A stretch of 55,140 nt of DNA, taken from assembly GCA_963659735.1 (NCBI GenBank), contig CAVKUP010000002.1, forward strand, positions 1 through 55,140, read 5' to 3'. The notes under the pieces are model-generated. The model ran no database searches and had not been told where the DNA came from. It saw only the letters and a program-made list of their open reading frames with translations. The DNA is from a bacterium. Its GTDB lineage: Bacteria; Bacillota_I; Bacilli_A; RF39; UBA660. Both the position numbers and the translations under genes were made by a program. Of the stretch, positions 10,366-18,465 are shown piece by piece. Every line of letters begins with the position of its first letter. The stretch's first letter is position 1.

Positions 10366-11277
10366 TTATATAAATATTTTATCTAGCTGACTGTTTGGAA
10401 GTAACATTTTGACTTTTTTTTCTATTTTTATTTCATATTCTTTTGATTTGTTGTCAAATTCTTCACCATCTATACAAAATCTTTTTTTAGGTTTGTCTTT
10501 TAGTTTTATTTTTAAATGATCAGTTTTAAAAAAATAGAATCCTGGAACTTTTGTTATATCACTTGTTTTAACATAATATAAGCTTTTAATAATATCTTTT
10601 CTTGTTGATATATTGGATACTAACACTTCAAATTTATTATCATTCATTTTTACATCTTGGAGTATTTCTAAGCCACCCATTCTAGATGCATTACATATTA
10701 AAATAAATGAATAAAGCCCTGTATATTCTTTTCCATTAGCATTCAATGTCATTTCGAATAATTGTGTTTTTTTATTGAAGGATTTGATGGCATTTATCAT
10801 ATAGGCAAAGTATCCTAAATTTTTTTTTAGCTTTCTAGGTGTTTCGTATGCTATATCAGTAAATTTACCAAGTCCTGCCACATATACAAATGGGGTTTCA
10901 TTTATTGTACAAATATCTATTTCTTTTACTGTACCATTTAAAATCATTTTTAAATTTTGAATTGGATTTTTTACCATTCCAAACATAGCACCCAGATCGT
11001 TTGTTGTGCCGAGTGGTATATGTGTTAATAATAATTTTTTCTTTCTTTTTAAGTTTCCATTTACTACTTCATTAAATGTGCCATCACCACCTAAAGATAT
11101 TACTAAATCTATATCATCATCAAGATTTGATATAATTTCTTTAGCATGACCACGATGATTTGTAAATTTAACTTGTGTATCATAACCATATTCATTCAAA
11201 ATTTTTTTAAATTTTGAAATATAAATTTCTTTTTTGTTATTTCCGCTATTCGGATTACAAACAACTACGCTTTTCAT
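10366..11277 (-). CDS. Diacylglycerol kinase-family lipid kinase (YegS/BmrU/DagK type)
   Basis: GGDGTFNEV motif, 303 aa. Confidence 0.8.
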   Translation of the reverse strand: MKSVVVCNPNSGNNKKEIYISKFKKILNEYGYDTQVKFTNHRGHAKEIISNLDDDIDLVISLGGDGTFNEVVNGNLKRKKKLLLTHIPLGTTNDLGAMFGMVKNPIQNLKMILNGTVKEIDICTINETPFVYVAGLGKFTDIAYETPRKLKKNLGYFAYMINAIKSFNKKTQLFEMTLNANGKEYTGLYSFILICNASRMGGLEILQDVKMNDNKFEVLVSNISTRKDIIKSLYYVKTSDITKVPGFYFFKTDHLKIKLKDKPKKRFCIDGEEFDNKSKEYEIKIEKKVKMLLPNSQLDKIFI

Positions 11278-11330
11278 TTGATATCACCTAATCTATAATA
11301 TAATAAATATATGAAATTTATATAGAAACT

Positions 11331-11813
11331 TTATTTATTATTTTTTATTTTTTTATAATATTTATCTATTTTATCTTCCATTAAAACATATTTGTCATTT
11401 TTATTATCATTTCCAAAGTTAAATGTAAATAAAGCTTTTTTTAACATTCTAATTTCTGATATTGTTAATTTTTCAAGCCATGGGTCAAAATTTTTTTCAT
11501 ATATATTTTTAATCATATCCATAAATATATCACATTCATATTCATGAATTTTGGCCGAGATTTTTCCGATAATTTCATAATAATCATAATTCATAAAAAT
11601 CATGATATCTAAGATTTCACATAATTCATCATAATTACATTGTGAGATATAATCATTAAGTGTGTCATTTCTATATGCATTTATTATTTTTTTTAATAAT
11701 TTATAATAATGTATTCTACTTTGATTTTCTTCATAAGCCTTTTTTACTTCATCAAAGCTATAAATACCATTGTCATCTTTTGAAATAACTCTGTCAATTT
11801 TTAATTTTTCCAT
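11331..11813 (-). CDS. Hypothetical protein, 160 aa
   Basis: Long ORF on the dominant coding strand. No motif recognised. Confidence 0.4.
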   Translation of the reverse strand: MEKLKIDRVISKDDNGIYSFDEVKKAYEENQSRIHYYKLLKKIINAYRNDTLNDYISQCNYDELCEILDIMIFMNYDYYEIIGKISAKIHEYECDIFMDMIKNIYEKNFDPWLEKLTISEIRMLKKALFTFNFGNDNKNDKYVLMEDKIDKYYKKIKNNK

Positions 11814-11909
11814 ATTTGTTCCTCCAACTATATAATAATATTTAGAATTAGAAATGTCAAATAGTTAAGCGTTAAGTTTTCATTGCAATTTTAAATTATA
11901 TAAATATTT

Positions 11910-12710
11910 TTAACCAAGTGTTATATCCAATATCATCGTAAGTATAAACCCAAATGATAAACCGATTATTGATAAATTATTTTGTGATTGCTTTTTAGCC
12001 TCAGGTATAAGTTCTTCTACTATTACATAAATCATTGTACCTGATGCGAATGATAATAAATAAGGTAATATTGGAACAACTAAATTAGTTAACAAAATTG
12101 TAATAATAGCGAATAGTGGTTCTACTATACCACTAAGTGTACCAATAATAAATGACTTTGTTTTAGAATAATCTTTTTTTAATGGCATTGATATAATTGC
12201 ACCTTCAGGAAGATTTTGAATTGCTATTCCAAAAGAAAGCGCGAATGCAGCCGCTAATGTTATACTGCTATTTTTTGCTAATGCACCTGCAAATGAAACA
12301 CCAACAGCCATTCCTTCTGGAATATTATGAAGCGTAATTGCAAGTACAAATTTTTTTGATTTAGATAATTTATTATGTGCTTCATTTTCTTTATTTAAAT
12401 TAGGTATTATAAAATCTAAAAATAGTAAGAAAAATATTCCTAAAAAGAAACCTACTGATGCTGGAATCCATGAAATAATGTTTTGCTTATTTGCCATTTC
12501 TATTGATGGTAATAATAAAGACCAAATCGATGCACCTAACATAACACCCGAAGCAAATTTCAATAAAAATTTTTCTAATGTTTTATTAATACTATTTTTC
12601 ATTAAAAAAACCGCGGCTGAACCAATTGTTGTTCCAATAAAAGGAGTTAATAAACCTATTAATAAATTCATATAATCACCTGCATTTTTATTCTGATATA
12701 TGATATTCAT
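11910..12710 (-). CDS. ZIP-family divalent metal transporter
   Basis: Polytopic protein with HNIPEGMAVG and QNLPEGA motifs typical of ZupT-like ZIP proteins. The start may be the internal Met (MNLLIGLL). Confidence 0.8.
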   Translation of the reverse strand: MNIIYQNKNAGDYMNLLIGLLTPFIGTTIGSAAVFLMKNSINKTLEKFLLKFASGVMLGASIWSLLLPSIEMANKQNIISWIPASVGFFLGIFFLLFLDFIIPNLNKENEAHNKLSKSKKFVLAITLHNIPEGMAVGVSFAGALAKNSSITLAAAFALSFGIAIQNLPEGAIISMPLKKDYSKTKSFIIGTLSGIVEPLFAIITILLTNLVVPILPYLLSFASGTMIYVIVEELIPEAKKQSQNNLSIIGLSFGFILTMILDITLG

Positions 12711-12741
12711 ATATAAATATGGTGTTACTTATTTATTCAAT

Positions 12742-12766
12742 AAAAAAACGGATATTATCCGTTTTA
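12742..12766 (-). terminator. Rho-independent terminator after the YfcC-like gene
   Basis: ACGGA/TCCGT stem flanked by an A-run and a T-run (aaaaaaacggatattatccgtttt). Confidence 0.5.
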
Positions 12767-12774
12767 AATCAATT

Positions 12775-14367
12775 TTATAATAGTGTTAAAATACCACATA
12801 CTAGTAAAACTAATAGGAATGTTATTAAAATAAATTTCCATATGTATTTGATCCATTCTTTATAAGAAACATCAAATAAACTTAAACCTGCAATTAGTAC
12901 AACACTTGTTGGGAATATCATCATTCCAATTGCGTATACTGATTGAATAAGTAATCCAGCAATTGATAATGAAGATGCATCAAAACCACTTACATATGAT
13001 GTTAAATTAGCAAGTAAATAATATAAATCATTAAAGAAATAACTTCCCAATAATGATGCAACTGCTGTTGTTATAACATTAAATCCATCAGTTAATCCAA
13101 ATATTTTAGCATTAATTGTATCTACTAATGTACCTGTTCCATTATAAGAAGCTTGATATAAGATAGATAAAATAACACTTGCCAATGCAGCATAGATAGC
13201 TGTTGGAAGATATTTTTTAACACCCGCAATGAAGCTTTCAATATAGTCATTAAAGCTAACTTTGTAAATCCAAGCTAAAATACCTGATGTAATTATCAAT
13301 GTACAAACAAAATCAATATTGCTCCAATATCCCAATTGTGAAATACCACTTAAAAGATTTTCGAAAATTTTAAATCCTTTAATTTTAACTCCCATAATAG
13401 CATCATGCATATTATTAAATACATCGATACTAAATGAATAGTACCAGTTATACATACCTATTAAACAAATAATTAACATAAGTATGAAAATAATAACCAA
13501 TGGTACAGCACTAACTTTTGATTTGCTAGATACTTTCTTAACTGATTTTGTAACAGCTAAGGCTTTTGTATTTCCTTTTGTTGTTTTTTTCGTAGTAGCC
13601 TTTTTTGTAGTTTTTTTAGCAGGTTTTTTTACTGCTTTTTTGCTATCGTCTTTAGCTGATTTTTTTACAGTTTCTTTAGCTGATTTTTTTACAGTTTCTT
13701 TAACCATTTTTTTCTCTTCTTTAGCAGTTTCTTCTGCTTTTTCCTCTTTATTCTTTTTAGGCGTTTTTTTACTAGCCATTAAGATTACTAAAATTAATCC
13801 AGCTATTAAAATAACTAATAAAATAAGTTTTGCAACAATTTGGTTGTTCATATCTAAGGATAAAATGTTTTTAGTATATCCTGTAATATTGAAACCATAA
13901 GTTGACGCAACAGAACCTAATAAAAGGCCACCTACAGTTGATGCTAGTACTGTAACTTTGTCATAATTCATAGCAAATAGTACTGTAGCAAATAATGGTA
14001 CTAATACAAATAATGGAATTACAAGTCCAGTAAGTGATGATAATACTGTAAATAAAATAACAGTTAAAATTAAGAATCCTCTTTCTTTTCCATCAAATGA
14101 TTTTCTCATTTTATCAGTAACTTTTTCTAAAGCTCCCGTTCTTTCCATAACTCCATAAAAGCCACCAATAGTAGCAAATACTACACCGTATAAAACAAAT
14201 GTAATAAATGATTGTACAGGCGCATTAAATAAATCAATTAAACCAACAGGATCAATACTGCTTGTAGTTAATTTACCACTTGAATATGTGCCTACAGGAA
14301 TAAGCCAACTTAATACTACAAATATTAAGAATGATATTCCAATTACCTTAAGTAAATTTCGTTTCAT
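12775..14367 (-). CDS. YfcC/DcuC-superfamily membrane transporter with a lysine-rich insertion
   Basis: Polytopic, with a YfcC-like N-terminus (WLIPVGTYSSG...VLYGVVFATIGGFYGVMERTGALE). About 88 aa of KKxAKK-type low complexity sits at aa 199-286. Confidence 0.7.
   Translation of the reverse strand: MKRNLLKVIGISFLIFVVLSWLIPVGTYSSGKLTTSSIDPVGLIDLFNAPVQSFITFVLYGVVFATIGGFYGVMERTGALEKVTDKMRKSFDGKERGFLILTVILFTVLSSLTGLVIPLFVLVPLFATVLFAMNYDKVTVLASTVGGLLLGSVASTYGFNITGYTKNILSLDMNNQIVAKLILLVILIAGLILVILMASKKTPKKNKEEKAEETAKEEKKMVKETVKKSAKETVKKSAKDDSKKAVKKPAKKTTKKATTKKTTKGNTKALAVTKSVKKVSSKSKVSAVPLVIIFILMLIICLIGMYNWYYSFSIDVFNNMHDAIMGVKIKGFKIFENLLSGISQLGYWSNIDFVCTLIITSGILAWIYKVSFNDYIESFIAGVKKYLPTAIYAALASVILSILYQASYNGTGTLVDTINAKIFGLTDGFNVITTAVASLLGSYFFNDLYYLLANLTSYVSGFDASSLSIAGLLIQSVYAIGMMIFPTSVVLIAGLSLFDVSYKEWIKYIWKFILITFLLVLLVCGILTLL
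13651..13698. repeat. Two exact tandem copies of a 24-bp unit inside the lysine-rich insertion
   Basis: tttagctgatttttttacagtttc occurs twice and encodes ETVKKSAK twice on the minus strand. Confidence 0.8.
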
Positions 14368-14486
14368 TTTTCCTACCTCCCAGTAGCATTATATCAAAAA
14401 AACCTTATAATATAAAGCTTTTTTACATAAATTAACATATTTTCATAAGTTTTTCACATATATGATATAATTAATAAGGTGATTTT

Positions 14487-15425
14487 ATGAAAAACTTTAA
14501 TTTTTCAAATACAAATAAAAGATATCATACCCTAGATTATTTTTATAAGCAAAAGTTTGGGTGTAAAGTTTGTAAAATTAGCTTAAATGCTGGTTTTACA
14601 TGTCCTAATATTGATGGTACATTATCTAAAAATGGTTGTATTTATTGTTCAAAATCAGGTTCTGGAGAATATGGTGGCAATCCAAAAGAAGACTTAATAA
14701 AACAATTTAACAATATTAAAAAAATAATGGATAAAAAATGGCCTAATAGTAAATATATTGGTTATTTTCAAGCAAGAACTAATACATATGCCCCTTTAAA
14801 TGTTTTAAAAGAAAAATACGAAAGTATTTTAAATTTAGATAATGTTGTTGGACTTTCTATTGCAACTAGACCCGATGCCATAACTGACGAATGTCTAGAT
14901 TATTTGGAAAAGTTAAATAAAAAAACTTTCTTAACAATAGAATTAGGTCTGCAAACTATCCATAAAAAAACTAGTATATTGATAAATAGATGTCATGATT
15001 TAAAATGTTTTGAAGAAATGGTAAAAAAACTTAAACAAAGAAAAATTTTTACAGTCGTTCATATTATAAATGGTCTTCCTTATGAAACAAAAGATATGAT
15101 GATTAAAACTGTTAAATATTTAAATAAATTAGATATAGATGGTATTAAAATTCATATGTTATGTGTTTTGAAAAACACACCATTGGAAAAATTATATAAA
15201 ATTAAGCCATTTCCTATTTTGTCAAAGGATGAATATGTCGATATTGTTATTAATCAATTAGAATGTTTAAATCCTAAAATTGTAATACAAAGATTAACCG
15301 GTGATCCATTAAAAGAAGATTTAATTGAACCTACTTGGACAACAAAAAAAATAGATGTTTTAAATAGTATTGATAAACAAATGGTTGAAAAAGATGTTTA
15401 TCAAGGCGACAATTTAAAAATCTAA
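14487..15425 (+). CDS. Radical SAM protein, TIGR01212/YtqA-like family
   Basis: Cys-rich N-terminus (CPNIDGTLSKNGCIYCS), 312 aa. Confidence 0.8.
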   Translation: MKNFNFSNTNKRYHTLDYFYKQKFGCKVCKISLNAGFTCPNIDGTLSKNGCIYCSKSGSGEYGGNPKEDLIKQFNNIKKIMDKKWPNSKYIGYFQARTNTYAPLNVLKEKYESILNLDNVVGLSIATRPDAITDECLDYLEKLNKKTFLTIELGLQTIHKKTSILINRCHDLKCFEEMVKKLKQRKIFTVVHIINGLPYETKDMMIKTVKYLNKLDIDGIKIHMLCVLKNTPLEKLYKIKPFPILSKDEYVDIVINQLECLNPKIVIQRLTGDPLKEDLIEPTWTTKKIDVLNSIDKQMVEKDVYQGDNLKI

Positions 15426-15429
15426 ATAA

Positions 15430-15780
15430 TTAATCTTTGGGATTAAACAAAAGAGACATAAAAAATGAAAACACAATGGCTGCACTAATACCAGCTGCTG
15501 TTAAGTCTAATGTCCCTCCAAAAAGTCCAATAGCCCCTTCGTTTGTATAACCTTGAAGAGCTCCGTGCGTAAGCATATGACCGAAACTTGTTATAGGAAC
15601 TAAAGCTCCACCTGATGCCCATAAAACAAATTTATCATAAATATTAAATACATCTAAAAAAGCTCCTATAACAACAAAAATAACAGTTATATGTCCTGGC
15701 GTTAATTTACTCTTATCTAAAATAATTTGAGCAAGCATGCAAATGATACCAGCAAATAAAAATGCATTTAAATAGATCAT
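15430..15780 (-). CDS. spoVAE: Stage V sporulation protein AE (SpoVAEb type)
   Basis: 116-aa membrane protein overlapping spoVAD by 4 nt, in the conserved spoVAC-AD-AE order. Confidence 0.8.
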   Translation of the reverse strand: MIYLNAFLFAGIICMLAQIILDKSKLTPGHITVIFVVIGAFLDVFNIYDKFVLWASGGALVPITSFGHMLTHGALQGYTNEGAIGLFGGTLDLTAAGISAAIVFSFFMSLLFNPKD

Positions 15781-16763
15781 ATTAATGCCTCCAAACTAAT
15801 TGCATGACTTATAGCAGGAATCGTTAATTTTTGATTTACCATGGTTGGATTCATTAAAGCTCCTGTTGCAATAAGTAATACTTTTTTATATTTACCTTTT
15901 TTCATTAAATCAAATATATAACTATAAGTTACTAATGGTGCACATACCGGTCCACTTGCCCCTGCATAAACTGGTTGTTTTTTTAAATCATATAGCATAA
16001 CTCCTGTATCATTATAATTTTTTAAAGTGATATTGTAATTACTTTGAAGATATTCTTTAAATATTTCTTTTCCATATATTCCAAGATCACCAGTTAAAAT
16101 TAAATCATAATAATCAGCATTACGGTTTGTATCAATTAAATGTTTATTAATAGTATCAGCTGCTGATTTTGCCATAACGCCTCCCATGTGATAGACGTCT
16201 TTAATATTTGAATCAATGACTTTTCCTATAGTTCCACTTTCTATTTTTATTTTTGATAATGTTTTAGAAATAATTGCTCCAGCAGCACCAGTTGATGTAA
16301 ATGTTGTTGTTTTTCTTTTAGGCCCACCATACTCAACTGGATATCTATATTGTTTTTCTGCCGAATTATTATGAGATGATGTGAATGCTACAACTTTATT
16401 TAAACCATTTTGAATTAAAATTGATCCCAATATTAAGCCTAATACGCTTGTACTACAAGCAGAATATATACCTATGAAGCTATTTTGATAATCTTTCATT
16501 GCATAATTAGAAGCAACAATTTGATTTAACAAATCTCCACCGATAAATACATCTATTTCATTTTTGTTAATTTTACTTTTCTTTAATAATATTTCAATAC
16601 AATCTTTAATTAATTTTATCTCTGCTTGTTCCCATGTTTTTTGATTAAAGTATAAATCTTTATAACATAAATCAAAATATTTACCTAATGATCCTTTAGC
16701 TTCATATGGACCGGTTACTGTAGCTGCTTCGTTTATAAATATGTTTTCAAATTTAAATGTCAT
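15777..16763 (-). CDS. spoVAD: Stage V sporulation protein AD
   Basis: 328 aa with a thiolase-like fold and an ACSTS motif. Flanked by spoVAC and spoVAE with 4-nt overlaps. Confidence 0.88.
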   Translation of the reverse strand: MTFKFENIFINEAATVTGPYEAKGSLGKYFDLCYKDLYFNQKTWEQAEIKLIKDCIEILLKKSKINKNEIDVFIGGDLLNQIVASNYAMKDYQNSFIGIYSACSTSVLGLILGSILIQNGLNKVVAFTSSHNNSAEKQYRYPVEYGGPKRKTTTFTSTGAAGAIISKTLSKIKIESGTIGKVIDSNIKDVYHMGGVMAKSAADTINKHLIDTNRNADYYDLILTGDLGIYGKEIFKEYLQSNYNITLKNYNDTGVMLYDLKKQPVYAGASGPVCAPLVTYSYIFDLMKKGKYKKVLLIATGALMNPTMVNQKLTIPAISHAISLEALI

Positions 16764-17191
16764 ATAAGTCCAATCACCATCCTTATTAAACTAAAGACGA
16801 TACTACTAATAACACCAAATATAATAACGGCTCCTGATAGTTTTAACATATTTGATCCAATTCCAGTAACTAATCCTTCTTTTCGATATTCTAATGCGGC
16901 ACTCATTGTTGCGTGAGCAAACCCTGTTATTGGAATGATTAAACCACATTTACAAAAATTTACCATTTTGTCAAAAAATCCTAAGCATGTGAAAAGACAA
17001 GATAAAAAAATTAAGGTTATAAGCATACATACTGTAGCATCCTTTGTAGGAATTTTTAGGTAAAATGAATATACATCTATTAATGCTTGTCCAATAATTC
17101 CCATAATACCGCCAGTAATAAAAGATATAAAAGCATTTTTTAAAATATCTTCTTTAGGTGTGTTTTTTTTTACAATATCTTGATAATTCAT
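16760..17191 (-). CDS. spoVAC: Stage V sporulation protein AC
   Basis: Four-TM protein. I prefer the ATG at 17191 (MNYQDIVKK) with a GGGAGG RBS over the TTG at 17206 in the ORF track. Confidence 0.85.
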   Translation of the reverse strand: MNYQDIVKKNTPKEDILKNAFISFITGGIMGIIGQALIDVYSFYLKIPTKDATVCMLITLIFLSCLFTCLGFFDKMVNFCKCGLIIPITGFAHATMSAALEYRKEGLVTGIGSNMLKLSGAVIIFGVISSIVFSLIRMVIGLI

Positions 17192-17236
17192 AATATTTCC
17201 TCCCAAAATTATTATGAACTATTAAAATATGTTTAT

Positions 17237-17261
17237 ACAAAAAAAGATACATTTGTATCTT
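17237..17261 (-). terminator. Rho-independent terminator directly after the pilin gene
   Basis: On the minus strand AAGATAC-aaat-GTATCTT is followed by TTTTTTTG. The stem overlaps the pilin stop codon. Confidence 0.7.
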
Positions 17262-17655
17262 AGCATGCATTTTTTGAATATTCATAACTATATTTATTTT
17301 GAGAAGTATAGGTAACGATAACACTTCCATTAAAAATTTCAAAATTTTCATCTTCTTTAGTACTTCCCTTTTTATATTTTGGGTTTTTTATATCTTCGGT
17401 TGTTAATAATCCTACTTTTTTCATTTCACTTACTGATAAACAATAAAAGCTACCTTCAGTTTGACTTGGAAGTTTTAAAGAATTTTTTGACATGTATGTG
17501 CGAGCTACATTTTCAATTGTTTTTACCTGTTCATTATATGCTTTTTCTTTTGAAAAATTTAAAGCACTATTTACTGATGGAATAGCTATTAAAGCTATCA
17601 AACCAATTAAAACTATTACACCTAAAAGTTCAATTAAGGTAAACCCTTTTTTCAT
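17260..17655 (-). CDS. Type IV pilin / pseudopilin (prepilin-type N-terminal methylation domain)
   Basis: MKKG-FTLIELLGVIVLIGLIALIAIP is a canonical class III leader with Glu at +5. I prefer the ATG at 17655 behind an AGGTGG RBS. The mature protein would be about 126 aa. Confidence 0.85.
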   Translation of the reverse strand: MKKGFTLIELLGVIVLIGLIALIAIPSVNSALNFSKEKAYNEQVKTIENVARTYMSKNSLKLPSQTEGSFYCLSVSEMKKVGLLTTEDIKNPKYKKGSTKEDENFEIFNGSVIVTYTSQNKYSYEYSKNAC

Positions 17656-17672
17656 TTCTACCACCTATTTTA

Positions 17673-17701
17673 ATTATAAAGTTTTACCTATTTATTGTCA
17701 A
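17673..17701 (-). promoter_or_regulatory. Consensus sigma-A-type promoter for the pilin gene
   Basis: The minus strand reads TTGACA, a 17-nt spacer, then TATAAT. The -35 box overlaps the stop codon of the sigma-factor gene. Confidence 0.6.
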
Positions 17702-18345
17702 TTATATGTCTTTTTTAATTTTGTTAAAACCTTCTTTTCACGTCTTGAAATGTCAACTTGAGTAAGTCCTAATAAATTTGAAAGTTCAGTTTGCGTTTTA
17801 TCATTAAAATACCTTTCGTACATTATAGTTCTTTCAGGTTCTTCCAATGATTCCAATTCGTTTTTTAAAAATATATAATCATTCAAATCAATATCGTTTT
17901 GTGCAATCAAATCATAAAAATTTAAATTTTCATAAATTTCATTTTCTAGGCTATAGCCATCTGACTTATAATTTTCAATTCTTTCTAAATCACTTATAGG
18001 AATATTTAAAAATTCACTTAACTGTTTAATTGAAGGTTCGCACATATATTCTTGTTGTAATAAGCTTTTTGCTTTTTCTAATTTAGTTTTAAGAGATACT
18101 AAATCTTTATTAAGTTTTATTGTATGATTTTCTCTTATAAATTTCATAATTGATCCAAATATATATGGATATGCATATGTTGTAAATTTGGTTTGTCTTT
18201 GGGCATCAAAATTATAATATGCCTCTACCATTCCAAGACATCCTGCCTGAAATAAATCTTCTTTTATATCATTTCTATTAATTTTTTTAATAATACTATA
18301 TATTAAATTTTGATTTTCAATAATTAAATTTTCTAATGAATCCAT
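17698..18345 (-). CDS. Group 3 sigma-70 family factor, SigF/SigG/SigB-like
   Basis: DLFQAGCLGMVEAYYNFD, FTTYAYPYIFGSIMKFIREN and RYFNDKTQTELSNLLGLTQVDISRREKKVL align, from memory, with B. subtilis SigF regions 2-4. 215 aa. Confidence 0.8.
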   Translation of the reverse strand: MDSLENLIIENQNLIYSIIKKINRNDIKEDLFQAGCLGMVEAYYNFDAQRQTKFTTYAYPYIFGSIMKFIRENHTIKLNKDLVSLKTKLEKAKSLLQQEYMCEPSIKQLSEFLNIPISDLERIENYKSDGYSLENEIYENLNFYDLIAQNDIDLNDYIFLKNELESLEEPERTIMYERYFNDKTQTELSNLLGLTQVDISRREKKVLTKLKKTYN

Positions 18346-18440
18346 CTATCCCTCCTTATTAAATTTTGAAATTACATTTTATCATCACCAAAATTACTTT
18401 AGCACATCATCAAATAAAATAAAATAAATTCGACATAACT

Positions 18441-18465
18441 AGAAAAAATACGCCAGTAGCGTATT
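18441..18465 (-). terminator. Rho-independent terminator after ftsK
   Basis: On the minus strand the AATACGC/GCGTATT stem is followed by TTTTTTC. Confidence 0.65.

Noticed and set aside
13484-13900. 138-aa plus-strand ORF rich in F/V/L, antisense to the lysine-rich region of the transporter gene.
   Set aside because: It is the mirror image of AAG/AAA-rich coding sequence on the minus strand. It has no RBS and lies fully within a well-supported gene.
17260-18345. The sigma factor and pilin might be a co-transcribed regulatory pair.
   Set aside because: An exact consensus promoter lies in the 42-nt gap (overlapping the sigma gene stop) and the pilin has its own terminator. The pilin is therefore more likely an independent unit, and co-transcription remains unproven.
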